Shown piece after piece: positions 17,789 through 27,840 of a stretch of DNA of 64,000 nucleotides. Source of the stretch: Nitrospirales bacterium (GTDB lineage Bacteria; Nitrospirota; Nitrospiria; Nitrospirales; UBA8639). The notes under the pieces are model-generated. The model searched no databases and was not told the origin of the DNA. It saw only the letters and a program-made list of their open reading frames with translations. The DNA lies in assembly GCA_963422365.1 (NCBI GenBank), contig OY729426.1:2400001-2464000 (forward strand), in the 5' to 3' direction. Positions within the stretch are counted from its first letter, which is position 1. Each line of letters begins with the position of its first letter. The position numbers were made by a program, and so were the translations under genes.

Positions 17789-20700
17789 TTATTTAAACGA
17801 GATTGGACGAACGTTACCTTTTTCAGGTTGGATCACCTTGGCTTCTTTGACTCCAGGGGAAGCCCCACTCAGCGGGAGAACTCTCTGATCGTTCTTAGAC
17901 AGAACACGGAAATACCCCCATTGACCGGACTGAGAATACGGCAAGCGTGCATTGCTGTACACGTAGTCCCCTGGCATAGCATACGGGCCACCAGCCGAGG
18001 CAATAAACACGTCTATTCCTTCAGAACCTGAAAATTCCACAACGCTGATTTGGTCGGCTCCTTGCATGAACGGCTCAATGGGCCACTCATGCTTTTCTAG
18101 AGTAAACATCCCATTTTGTTCATTGCTGGCGCCGAACACATGGATCCGAACAGCATCACCCGCATGGGCCTCGATAATCGGCGTCGCCGGTTCATTCGGT
18201 TCATCGACGTTACAGGGTTGAAACATCCGACCTAACGAACATCCTTGTTCTTCGCGATACAAATAGGGTTCGTTTCTGTAATTGACCCCTACCAACCCAG
18301 CCACGTTTTGGACGTACGGCATAAAGCTGGTTCCGATAATATTGTCTTCATCTTGGAAATACAGGGCCACGTCACGATAATTGGCTCGATGTTCATTTCC
18401 AGGGATCGTCCGATCAACAATGACATCGGCAATCCAGCTATTCTTCTGGGAAATATCAGCCCCTGTCTTCGGATCACGATATTGGGAACCCTGAGGACCG
18501 ATTACAATCCCGCCAAACAACCCGTTTCGCGGATTCATGGCGACATTCCCCCAATCCCACACCAGGGATTGAGTTTCCCCAATGGCCGGATCCGCATAAT
18601 AGGTATAGGTCCGGCTTGCTCCAGGAGCCACGGTTTGATCTCCAGGATTGTTGCCAAGGTTGACACCTTGGGAATCCTTGGGATCGAACGCCAGGGAAAA
18701 GGCAGAGAAAGACGCCCTGCTCTCTTTCATTTTGTTGGTGAGTTTCACTTGAAGACAATCACCAATATTGGCTCGTAAGGTGAGCGGCATGGGTTGGAAT
18801 TCTCCAGAAACCTTCGCCACTTCTTCCTCCAGGATGTAGATCTTGGCATCTGGATTCCGAACTTCAATGGCTCGTTCAAAGTCCACTTCAATGGCTTCTT
18901 CCACATTGGGATTAAAGGCCATTTGTGGGTAATCAATAGCCACAACATTGAAATTTTTCACCGGGGCCTTGGCGGGACACAGCGGCAACGACTGCTTAAT
19001 GCCTGGTCCACCGAACGCCGCATTGGGTAAGGGTTTCAAATCAGGCACTGTTTGATCCAACACTCGAATCATACCCCAGGAACCCTCGGACAGTTTTGAG
19101 CTCCGACCATTGAAATACATGTAATCCCCGGATTGGAGTCTCGGGCCACCGGCCTGCGGAACAACCAAGTCGTATCGTTCGGCGATGCCGATGTGAATGG
19201 AATTCTTCCGATTGGCATCACCGGCATAACGCTCAGTCAAAAAGTTATGCCCGGAGACGGTAAAGACATTACTCTCGTTCATCGTCACATCGATAAGCCG
19301 AAAAACAATGGCATCACCCAGGTACGCCCGCAACGTGACCGTGCTCGGATCGCCATGGGTCCTGCTGCTGAAAAGCTGCGAGGTGTCCGGGTTATTGGCT
19401 AACCGTTGGGCAAAGGGTTCGGCCCGGAAATTCAGGGCGCCACCCGTCGTATGCGTCCCTCCGTTGAGGAACGGCATCGGCGTCATGTTAATCAGATCGT
19501 TCGGTGGCATTTGAAATGACACGGTTCGCCCAGCTTCCAACGCCACGTCGACGGGTTGACCAGGGGGATTCCCTGCCGTCACCACGTTGACCGTGTGCGG
19601 AACCGTATCCATGATCTGAACCATCAATTCACGGAAGCTTCCGCTCACCCCGTACCCCACGGGCTCCACCGTATGGATATCCATCACAGGGCCGGTCCGC
19701 TTGGCCTCACCAGTCGCCGGATCATGCCACGTCGATCCGAACGGCTCGATCAGGAAAGAACACACCGCGCCATGAGGCCACGTCGTTCCGCCAAACGCAT
19801 GATCGTGACAGAACACGGAGCCCACATCGGCATCCGCCCAAAATCGTTGACGCACAAATTCCACGGTCACAATGTCTCCGACTGGGTGATCATATTCCAA
19901 CGGGGACTTGAAGGTGAGAGTCTGTGCCTCCGACGCCGCTTCTCCTCCACCGGCACCGGGCACTTGTAACTGTTGCCCGACGTAAATCACATCGACATTC
20001 GCCAAACCATTCAAGTCTTTCAACGCCTCCGCGTCGGCGCCGTGCCGTATTGCGATCGCCCCGAGGGTGTCGCCCGGGCTTACCGTATACGTTCCACTGC
20101 TCGCCGAGGCGAACCCACCTGAACTCCCAATGGCGACGATACGCTTCACTTCCGAGCCTTCAACATTATCTGCCCCCACAAGAAGCACTGTACCGACGTG
20201 ATACTGCTGAGCATTTGTGACATGAATGGTCCGATCACCCTTACCGGCTGCCTTGGTGACTTTGGCATTCATGGGAACCGGCAACCCCTTTTCAGTCGTC
20301 TTTTCGAATTGGGTAAAGGGCCGCATGGATTGTTCATAAGAAAATCCTGAAATCACTCCATCAGAAGCTTGATTGTCAAACTGCACAAAATGGAAGTGCG
20401 TGTTGATTTTTGAAGATTGGAAATTCGTAAAGTCATCGTCCAGCCATTCGCTGGTTAATATCCAATCCATACAATCATAAATATTGGCACGAAACACCAA
20501 CGGCACTTTCAAATCATTATTGTTCCGGATCGCTTCTTCTTCGTCATGCACGACGTACAACAACCCATTAGGATCAACCACGGCTGGTTGATCACCCTGG
20601 GCGGCCGACAACTCGATCGGAAGCTTAATGAAGTGGATATTGTACTTTTGGGAACCTGCCCGATCCGGACACAGGCTCCACCGCCCATTTTCCCCTGGCT

Positions 20701-22918
20701 TCGCTGGCTCTACCGACGGCTGGCCATCTTCATCCAGGTGGATCATTTCCAACCACGGAGCAGGATTCCGGTCAGGAGAAAATGGCACTCGTTTGCCGAA
20801 ATGAGGAGTCAGCCACGGCCACGCGACCTTTCCCGTAGTCGGCTCAAACCAAATTGGTCGCCGGGTTCCTGGTGCATAGCCCTGCCATTCCGCATGGTAT
20901 TTGGGATTCTCGATTGTGCTTTCTCTCTCACTCATCGCACGCTCGCCGTCCCAGACCCAATCGATCACAGTCGCATCATAAGATTTAAGCTGACCAATTT
21001 CATCTTCTGCATGACCGGGAAGACCGCGAGTCGGCAATTGCATTTCGACCCAATCGTAAATCCGAACGACAGCCGGATTTCCTGTCCAATTCGTTTTTTG
21101 GCTGTTATCGACGATCTGGAACTTCTTGCCAAACCAATCCACAGTGGTGCCCACCAAGTGGTCGGATGTCACCGGCTTGGCAATACGCCCAAGACGATCG
21201 GGCAACTCACGAAGCGGTGCCATCACGTCGTTTTGGATGCCAGGCACTTGCAGGGTATTGTAGACCCGCCAGTAACCCCACATACCAGCCACGTAGTGGT
21301 GTGCCACGTGGCAATGGAATAAGAAGTCACCAGCCAGATATTGACATAACCCTGATCCGCATTCGGTTTCCAAATCCAGGGCTTCAGATGGCCCAATCAC
21401 TTCCACATCCACCCGATCGGATTTGGCACGAATGAGCGGATACTTCACAGGCCCATTCTGCCCCTTGTGCCACATTGGCATCTGATCAACCGCTCGCGGG
21501 CTTCGGGCCCATCGAATGGCTCCACCATGAGGATGATGGGAATGGAACACTTCGGACCCGCCGTGGACGAGTCGATACTTCGCAGGATCCCCTAAATAAC
21601 TCCGTGGAATCGTGGGGCCCGCATCACCAAAGGTATAGGAACTATAGGCCATTGATTCATCTTCAAAGCCAAAGTATTCATGTTGAACATGCATATTGTT
21701 AATGCCGAATGGTTCGCTTCGGTAGTTCAGAGCCCTGGCTCCGGGCCGATAGGCATCGGTTAACGGATCACGTTGCGGCAGGAAGTCTCCATGTTTGTTC
21801 ACCGGCCGGAAGGCTTCATCACCCACTTCATGATAAATCAACACAAATTCCCGGAAATCCGGGCCCATTCCATTTTGGATAATCGCTTGCCAGCCACTCC
21901 GCATTTCAGGAGCCGGACCCGTCCCCAGAGGATCCAGATAGGCCGAACCTGCTGGCTCGACGACAAAAACCCCAAACAAACCCATCACGGTCAACTCACG
22001 GTCATTGCTGTAGCTGTGGAACTGCCGACCCCCTTCCTGCGTGTCGGGATGGATATACCATTCCAGGTCCACAGGCGCGGCTTCACAATTTTCTTCACAT
22101 TCCTCGTCAGGACCATAGGCGATGGCATCAGGGTTCGTCGTCGTCGCGGGTTGGCCGGTTTTGCTGACCACCATGCTGGACCCATTGACGTGGAGGCTGA
22201 CATCTTCACCGAATTCCAGTTGGTTTCGCAGCGTAACTTTCACGCAATCGCCCTGGTTGCCACGAATCACTAGTGGTTGGATGTATTGCCCCTGGATCCC
22301 GTTCTTGACACCACCGGGATTATGATGTCCTTCTTCTTCACGAGCTTCCGCGTTCATGGCTTCTTCTTCACGGACTTTCTCGATATTTTCCGTCAGCACG
22401 TACATATAGCCGGGGTAGTAATCCAGCCATTGATTTAATGTAATTTCCACATTGATGGCAGCAATATCATACTGTTTCACGGGAGCCGCCGCCGGACATT
22501 TTCCCCCACCCGTCATTGAGACCGGTTCAAGATCGCTATCGGACGCCAACAAGTAGTTCCCTTTTCCGGCACCGTATTGATGCATCATGGACATTGTGCC
22601 GTAGCCACCCGTGTCGGATTCAGCCGTTTCTTGTTGCATTTGCTTCATCAACCGCTCATGTTGCTTTTCAACAAGCGCGGCACGTTCAGCTCTCCCTTCT
22701 TTGGCATTTTCGACGATGGTCTGCCCTTTGAGGCGTTCGGCCCAGGCAGGGGGCTGATGATTCATCCCTGTGGTTTGGATCACTGATGGTAAATCTGGAG
22801 CTTCGGATTCAGCGTTGGCAAGAGGAAGCAAAAGGCACGTCAGGGCTAACAGGCTTCCCCCTCCCAGGAAGGCAAATTGCTTCACGGATAAACGGGAAAA
22901 AGGATTAAAATGAAACAT
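17789..22918 (-). CDS. Large secreted multicopper oxidase of MnxG-type architecture with internal LysM domain
   Basis: Cu motifs VFHSHHPH, FHCHVAHHYVAGM, THFHFVQFD, FCHDH; signal peptide; RBS GAAGGAGG before ATG 22918. Confidence 0.88.
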   Translation of the reverse strand: MFHFNPFSRLSVKQFAFLGGGSLLALTCLLLPLANAESEAPDLPSVIQTTGMNHQPPAWAERLKGQTIVENAKEGRAERAALVEKQHERLMKQMQQETAESDTGGYGTMSMMHQYGAGKGNYLLASDSDLEPVSMTGGGKCPAAAPVKQYDIAAINVEITLNQWLDYYPGYMYVLTENIEKVREEEAMNAEAREEEGHHNPGGVKNGIQGQYIQPLVIRGNQGDCVKVTLRNQLEFGEDVSLHVNGSSMVVSKTGQPATTTNPDAIAYGPDEECEENCEAAPVDLEWYIHPDTQEGGRQFHSYSNDRELTVMGLFGVFVVEPAGSAYLDPLGTGPAPEMRSGWQAIIQNGMGPDFREFVLIYHEVGDEAFRPVNKHGDFLPQRDPLTDAYRPGARALNYRSEPFGINNMHVQHEYFGFEDESMAYSSYTFGDAGPTIPRSYLGDPAKYRLVHGGSEVFHSHHPHGGAIRWARSPRAVDQMPMWHKGQNGPVKYPLIRAKSDRVDVEVIGPSEALDLETECGSGLCQYLAGDFLFHCHVAHHYVAGMWGYWRVYNTLQVPGIQNDVMAPLRELPDRLGRIAKPVTSDHLVGTTVDWFGKKFQIVDNSQKTNWTGNPAVVRIYDWVEMQLPTRGLPGHAEDEIGQLKSYDATVIDWVWDGERAMSERESTIENPKYHAEWQGYAPGTRRPIWFEPTTGKVAWPWLTPHFGKRVPFSPDRNPAPWLEMIHLDEDGQPSVEPAKPGENGRWSLCPDRAGSQKYNIHFIKLPIELSAAQGDQPAVVDPNGLLYVVHDEEEAIRNNNDLKVPLVFRANIYDCMDWILTSEWLDDDFTNFQSSKINTHFHFVQFDNQASDGVISGFSYEQSMRPFTQFEKTTEKGLPVPMNAKVTKAAGKGDRTIHVTNAQQYHVGTVLLVGADNVEGSEVKRIVAIGSSGGFASASSGTYTVSPGDTLGAIAIRHGADAEALKDLNGLANVDVIYVGQQLQVPGAGGGEAASEAQTLTFKSPLEYDHPVGDIVTVEFVRQRFWADADVGSVFCHDHAFGGTTWPHGAVCSFLIEPFGSTWHDPATGEAKRTGPVMDIHTVEPVGYGVSGSFRELMVQIMDTVPHTVNVVTAGNPPGQPVDVALEAGRTVSFQMPPNDLINMTPMPFLNGGTHTTGGALNFRAEPFAQRLANNPDTSQLFSSRTHGDPSTVTLRAYLGDAIVFRLIDVTMNESNVFTVSGHNFLTERYAGDANRKNSIHIGIAERYDLVVPQAGGPRLQSGDYMYFNGRSSKLSEGSWGMIRVLDQTVPDLKPLPNAAFGGPGIKQSLPLCPAKAPVKNFNVVAIDYPQMAFNPNVEEAIEVDFERAIEVRNPDAKIYILEEEVAKVSGEFQPMPLTLRANIGDCLQVKLTNKMKESRASFSAFSLAFDPKDSQGVNLGNNPGDQTVAPGASRTYTYYADPAIGETQSLVWDWGNVAMNPRNGLFGGIVIGPQGSQYRDPKTGADISQKNSWIADVIVDRTIPGNEHRANYRDVALYFQDEDNIIGTSFMPYVQNVAGLVGVNYRNEPYLYREEQGCSLGRMFQPCNVDEPNEPATPIIEAHAGDAVRIHVFGASNEQNGMFTLEKHEWPIEPFMQGADQISVVEFSGSEGIDVFIASAGGPYAMPGDYVYSNARLPYSQSGQWGYFRVLSKNDQRVLPLSGASPGVKEAKVIQPEKGNVRPISFK

Positions 22919-23015
22919 GGACCGGCCTCCTTCAAAAAGAAACATCATCGATAAGCAGGGATAACATTTACTGAATTGTTCATCGTCACGGATGACCCAT
23001 TTGCAGTGCAAGAAA

Positions 23016-23045
23016 AAGTTACTGAAAACAACCTGGAAGTGTCAA
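23016..23045 (-). promoter_or_regulatory. Possible sigma70 promoter TTGACA-18-TAACTT for the oxidase
   Basis: Perfect -35 in the intergenic region; weaker -10. Confidence 0.4.
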
Positions 23046-23103
23046 GGGTTCTTGGGCTGAAGAAATGACAACGGACAGATGCAAGAAGTGGGGAAGTGCG
23101 TCC

Positions 23104-23967
23104 TTACACGGCTCTTTGTCCGGTTTCGGACAGCATGCAACTCCGCAAGGCCTCTCGCACCGCTTGAGTCACTTTTCCTGGTCTTCCATCCCCCACCGGA
23201 AGGCCATTCAGCTTAGAAACGGGCAACACCTCAATAGTCGTACCAATCAGAAAAATTTCCTCAGCCCGGGTCAATTCCTCCTCACGAACCTCCCGTTCGT
23301 CTATCATGATGCTGTGCTTTCTCACTAACTCCAATACGACGGCACGGGTGACTCCGGCCAACAAGTGGTCACTTAATGAGGGCGTGATGATTATCCCATC
23401 CTTGACCAGACACACGTTGCTTGAGGTGCCTTCTGTGACCAACCCATCCTTCACCAAAATCGCTTCAAACGCACCGACATCGTTCGCTTTCTGCTTGGCC
23501 AATACATTCGGAAGCAAATTTAAACTTTTAATTGAGCACCGGGCCCATCGCAGATCAGACAGAGTGACAGCTGGGACGCCTTGCCGCTGAAGGCCGACCT
23601 CGATTTCAGCGATTTTTCGAAACGTCATCACAACGGTGGGACTCGTCGAACTCGGGAAAAGGTGGGCTCTCGGAGCCACTCCACGAGTCAATTGGATGTA
23701 CACCTTGCACTCTGCATACTGACTCCTTTGTATGCCTTCCTGTATCAACGCCTCCCATTCGGTTGAGGAAAGCGGGACCGGAATGGAAACCGCCTGGGCA
23801 CTCCACTCCAATCGTGAGAGGTGGTCATGAAGCCGGAAAGGAACGCCACCATACACCTGAATCACCTCATAGACACCATCGCCAAACTGAAATCCTCGAT
23901 CCTCAATTGAGATTTTCGCTTGTTCAAGGGTGGAAAAATACCCGTTGACATATGCGATATTGGGCAT
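23104..23967 (-). CDS. dat: D-amino-acid aminotransferase (class IV PLP enzyme)
   Basis: EDRGFQFGDGVYEV, IKSLNLL, TEGTSSN, LLAGVTR. Confidence 0.85.
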   Translation of the reverse strand: MPNIAYVNGYFSTLEQAKISIEDRGFQFGDGVYEVIQVYGGVPFRLHDHLSRLEWSAQAVSIPVPLSSTEWEALIQEGIQRSQYAECKVYIQLTRGVAPRAHLFPSSTSPTVVMTFRKIAEIEVGLQRQGVPAVTLSDLRWARCSIKSLNLLPNVLAKQKANDVGAFEAILVKDGLVTEGTSSNVCLVKDGIIITPSLSDHLLAGVTRAVVLELVRKHSIMIDEREVREEELTRAEEIFLIGTTIEVLPVSKLNGLPVGDGRPGKVTQAVREALRSCMLSETGQRAV

Positions 23968-23981
23968 AAAGATAACGAACG

Positions 23982-24308
23982 TTATGAACCCGGCTCCTGA
24001 ACATGGACCAGAAACACGCGTCGGAATTCGGCGGTAAATTTCCACGCCATCCGCTTGTGAAATTCCAATCGGTGGGTCCCTGATTGGAGTGGCTCAAATT
24101 CAAACCGCCGGTTGCCGGATTCAACCGCATTATTGCTGGTTGTCAGAAAGAACTCATCCCCCGTCAGCACAAGCTGACTCGGATCATATGCAGGCACCCA
24201 CTGTTCGCCCCGCGTTCGATCCTCCCAAAGATTCACGGTCAATGGAAGACCCACCGTGGCGTCAAGACGTTTATACTCAGACTGTTCTGCGTCCATTAGG
24301 CTATCCAT
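23982..24308 (-). CDS. Small Ig-like protein, chagasin/inhibitor I42-like
   Basis: Pattern LTVNL...TRGEQW...G.RRFEF....G...L.F..R.AW. Confidence 0.55.
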   Translation of the reverse strand: MDSLMDAEQSEYKRLDATVGLPLTVNLWEDRTRGEQWVPAYDPSQLVLTGDEFFLTTSNNAVESGNRRFEFEPLQSGTHRLEFHKRMAWKFTAEFRRVFLVHVQEPGS

Positions 24309-24326
24309 TCGGGATTGTCGGACAAT

Positions 24327-24662
24327 CTATAATTCTCGGCAGGTGGAACGGACAAAAATTTCACCATCCTGAAGCAGGACGTCATAGCTTGCGACACAAT
24401 ACCCCCCTCCATCCGTACCAAATCCATTACGAACGTCAAATTGGAGATCATGCCAGGGACACCCCACAACATGCCCTTTCAACTTCCCTTTATGGAGTGG
24501 TCCACCTTTATGCGGACAGATATTATTGATCGCAAAAAACGTCCCTGACACGTTAAAGAGCGCAAGGGTCTTGCCCTTCACCTTGACGGCTTTTGATTGT
24601 CCTGGAGGAAAATCCTCTGACTTCCCGATTCGCACAAAATTTTCTGATGGTTGGGGTTTCAT
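24327..24662 (-). CDS. Rieske [2Fe-2S] ferredoxin (NirD-like size)
   Basis: CPHKGGPL and CPWHDLQFD motifs. Confidence 0.9.
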   Translation of the reverse strand: MKPQPSENFVRIGKSEDFPPGQSKAVKVKGKTLALFNVSGTFFAINNICPHKGGPLHKGKLKGHVVGCPWHDLQFDVRNGFGTDGGGYCVASYDVLLQDGEIFVRSTCREL

Positions 24663-24727
24663 GGTACCTACGGGCTGTCTTCGTTACGAAAGAAAGACTT
24701 TCTTCGTCAAGCGCCCCCTTTGACATT

Positions 24728-25234
24728 TTACAGCCGCAAGGCAAAGACGAGTTCGTGACCCACAGAGACTTGGGCCCGGGCAACAAATCCGCTATTCGCC
24801 TGAATCAGATACCGTGCCCGTTCAGGGGGAGGCCCATACCACTCACAGGGATCGTTCGGACAGGGAACCGCTGTTTCGACGATATGAACCACATGTTTAC
24901 TTTCATCCACCCAAATCAAATCGACATTGAACTGGTATTGTTTGGTCCAGACTTTGTGAAGACCGGACGTTTCAAAAAAGAAAAGCATACCGTGATTTTC
25001 TGGAAGAATCTCTCGGAACGCCAACCCGAACAATAACTTTTCCGGAGTCTCAGCCACCTCTGCCTGAAGCTTGGTGCCACTAGGAAACCGGACTTCGATG
25101 ATCTCTGTTTCTTGGGGAGCATTAAACAGCATTGCCCCGGAGATTAACAACAGCGACATGAGGACCAGAAACAGGATTCGTTTCCTGTTAGGGGTCAACG
25201 GGCCTTCTGCTGCACGAGTTTTTTTTGAAACCAT
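24728..25234 (-). CDS. DUF192-family protein
   Basis: AEVAETPE..LFGL.FRE.LP..HGMLFFF. Confidence 0.85.
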   Translation of the reverse strand: MVSKKTRAAEGPLTPNRKRILFLVLMSLLLISGAMLFNAPQETEIIEVRFPSGTKLQAEVAETPEKLLFGLAFREILPENHGMLFFFETSGLHKVWTKQYQFNVDLIWVDESKHVVHIVETAVPCPNDPCEWYGPPPERARYLIQANSGFVARAQVSVGHELVFALRL

Positions 25235-25490
25235 ACGCCCTTAGATAGGATCGGGAAAAATGACGGAGTACGAATTGCCGGAGCCTTGGGAGCTCTTCCC
25301 TGTATATCAGGCTCTCAGAACGTATGTCCAACGCAAACATTGTTTGAACAAAAACCATCGCCTGTTTCCGCCTCACTCAAAGCAAGACACTACCCTCAAC
25401 ACCATTTACCCTTTGGCCCATATAATTTATAGTTCCAAAGTATAGACTTCTGAAACCTGCCCTTTCACCTTCAATCAGGAGGCTTGCGCC

Positions 25491-25850
25491 ATGAAGAACA
25501 AGACGCTCGGATTCTTCGTTATTCTTATCATTTTTCTTGCAGGCATTGCCTTCCCTCTCTCGTTTTCAATGTCGGCATGTGCCTCATCTGCCCTCATGCC
25601 CATCACCATCGACCATTTTGTCTCCGCTCTCTTTCCCCAAGCCAATCACTATTTTTGGGTGGTGAACAACAGCAAAAAGGAAACTCAACGGGAAATGATC
25701 GTCGACATCAATACCTTCGTCACTCACAAAGAGGGGGCAACTCCACTGGAAAACCGGTTTTTACTTCTGATCCTTGATGGGAACATCTTTGCTGCCCAAA
25801 ATATCCCTCTCAACGCGACAGTCGATTGCGGGGCAGACGAAGAAGTGTAA
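25491..25850 (+). CDS. Small exported hypothetical protein
   Basis: RBS AGGAGG, signal peptide, ends just before the terminator. Confidence 0.65.
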   Translation: MKNKTLGFFVILIIFLAGIAFPLSFSMSACASSALMPITIDHFVSALFPQANHYFWVVNNSKKETQREMIVDINTFVTHKEGATPLENRFLLLILDGNIFAAQNIPLNATVDCGADEEV

Positions 25851-25869
25851 TCCTTGGAGATCAGACGAC

Positions 25870-25909
25870 AAAAAAGCCCCGTTCCACACTTATGGAACGG
25901 GGCTTTTTT
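25870..25909. terminator. Bidirectional rho-independent terminator
   Basis: A6-GCCCCGTTCCA-loop-TGGAACGGGGC-T6 between convergent genes. Confidence 0.9.
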
Positions 25910-25943
25910 GTCATCCACATTCAAAAGACTGAGGATCGACCGT

Positions 25944-26438
25944 TTACTTAAAGATCACAAGATGCGACGTAAGATGAGCCGCATGCAGCTGACATCTGAC
26001 CTTCATATTCCTGGCGGCGGTGACGAACGTCAGATCACTCATGGGAATACCAATATACTTGGTTTCCCCAGCCTTCACGACAATCTCGATTTGCATCGAC
26101 GTGGGACCGGCAAAGGCTGAATCGGCAGAAAGGCTGAATCCATGGTCACCATCCAGTGCATTGGTGACTTTGATTAAGACAGGCTGACCTCTCCGACCTA
26201 AGGTTCCCTGGTTTCTCAGATCCAAAATCGCTGTTCCAGGATACCAGGCTTTTTTCCCACCAATCATTAAAGCGGTGAATTCAAGGTCGACATCAAGGCT
26301 TTTAAATGGTTGCCCAACGACCGAGCCGGTTTCGAGATCACCCGTTGTGAAACCGCCTGACTGCAACGCAAATGCAACTGATGACCCAGTTGCAATCAAA
26401 ATAAGACCCAAAAGGACGGATAGAAGCACCTTGTGCAT
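25944..26438 (-). CDS. Exported cupredoxin, nitrosocyanin-like
   Basis: Signal peptide; KVTN...HGFSL...VVKAGETK.I...CQLHAAH. Confidence 0.75.
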   Translation of the reverse strand: MHKVLLSVLLGLILIATGSSVAFALQSGGFTTGDLETGSVVGQPFKSLDVDLEFTALMIGGKKAWYPGTAILDLRNQGTLGRRGQPVLIKVTNALDGDHGFSLSADSAFAGPTSMQIEIVVKAGETKYIGIPMSDLTFVTAARNMKVRCQLHAAHLTSHLVIFK

Positions 26439-26562
26439 TGCCTACCTCCTCACTATAAAAAATGACGTTAATAAAAAAGTGACGCTCAAAAACCTCAAAC
26501 CAACTTCAGTTTTCCAAGAACCCTACCTGTTTGTATCCATTTTCTTGCGTATTGAGTTTTCA

Positions 26563-26591
26563 ATTATAGCATATGCCACCATAGGACGCAA
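26563..26591 (-). promoter_or_regulatory. Sigma70 promoter TTGCGT-17-TATAAT with extended -10 (TGn)
   Basis: Perfect -10, TG extension and 17-bp spacer upstream of the cupredoxin gene. Confidence 0.7.
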
Positions 26592-26784
26592 GGCTGTTTT
26601 TGAGATGAATATACCAACATAATGGAGGGGCTGGGAAATGTATCTGACACTGTTCCGGTCCCCTTTCCCTCAGAAACTCGACTCCCCATTCCTGAGGGCC
26701 CACAACGACCGCGAACCTCATTGAGGGCAGGGACTCCTCAACCGTTGCAGTCTTCCTTGCATAGGGGTCTTCCACGAATGTAGA

Positions 26785-27840
26785 GTGGAGATGGAGCTTA
26801 ATCCATTGGGTCCTGGTAAGGCCGTTATGAAATTCCTCTTTCCCGTTGCCTTCAGTCTACTCTTCCTCATCCTCTTGCCCTTTTCTGAAATTCTGCCGAA
26901 TGCCGTAGCCTTTTCTATCGAACAACCGAAGAACCACAGCACCCACCCTTCAAACAAAAACATTTCCGTCGTCATCAATATGGGGGAGGCGGCAGGAATT
27001 ACCAAAGTTCGATTCTATTGGTATGAGGAACAGGAAGACATGCTCAAGGAATTCGTCGAAGAAAAGTTAGCCAACGTTGCAACCTCCCCGCCATTCGGAG
27101 CGAACCTCCGACCCCCTCAAGCGGCCATGGGTCTCTATCGCCTTCTAGCCGTTGCCGAACAAGAACACCGACAAGCCAGCGACAAAGAATGGGCGATCTT
27201 TGACGAAATCCTGCTCTGTCTCGAACCAAAGAGCTCGTTGAAAGAAATCGATTTTCAAACCGACAAACCTTTAAGGTTTGGGCGAGCAGGTGCTGTTCGA
27301 GTCTATGATCAGCTAGATTTTTTAGGAAAAATCATCGACCTTCCAGTCGTAGGACGATTTTCAGACGACACGACGCGATCGATTCGCAGCGCAAGCACCG
27401 GGACGACCTATCATGTCGACGATGAATCTGTTATCACCGTCAGCAAAAACGGGCAGCTTCGGTTAGTCGGAAACGGCGCCACGACCGTCACCGTCAGAAA
27501 TAGTGGGGTAGAGCATACGCTTGATGTCCTCGTGGAAGTGAATTTTGAACCAAACCATCCACCCATGGCTGACCCAGGCCCAACCCAGACTGTTTATTCA
27601 GGCGAGACGGTTACACTCAATGGCCTCAAAAGCTATGATCCAGAAGGAGGATCCTTACGGTACGCTTGGGCTCAAATTCGAGGCAGCAAGATTGCTCTTC
27701 TTGACCCCTATTCGCCAAAAGCTCGCTTTCTCGCGCCTTTCGTGGTCGAACCCCGTCTCTTTCGATTTAAACTCAAGGTCACGGATATCCAAGGGGCCAA
27801 CAGTTTGCCCGCCTTTGTCGATATCGTGGTGGAACCGTAG
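26785..27840 (+). CDS. Exported protein with Ig-like (Big_2) and PKD-type domains
   Basis: NHPPMADPGPTQTV..G.TVTLNG..SYDPEG.SL.Y.W.Q motif; signal peptide. Confidence 0.8.
   Translation: MEMELNPLGPGKAVMKFLFPVAFSLLFLILLPFSEILPNAVAFSIEQPKNHSTHPSNKNISVVINMGEAAGITKVRFYWYEEQEDMLKEFVEEKLANVATSPPFGANLRPPQAAMGLYRLLAVAEQEHRQASDKEWAIFDEILLCLEPKSSLKEIDFQTDKPLRFGRAGAVRVYDQLDFLGKIIDLPVVGRFSDDTTRSIRSASTGTTYHVDDESVITVSKNGQLRLVGNGATTVTVRNSGVEHTLDVLVEVNFEPNHPPMADPGPTQTVYSGETVTLNGLKSYDPEGGSLRYAWAQIRGSKIALLDPYSPKARFLAPFVVEPRLFRFKLKVTDIQGANSLPAFVDIVVEP

Noticed and set aside
24327..24662. Calling the Rieske protein nirD
   Set aside because: No nirB nearby and the Rieske ligands are intact; left as a generic ferredoxin
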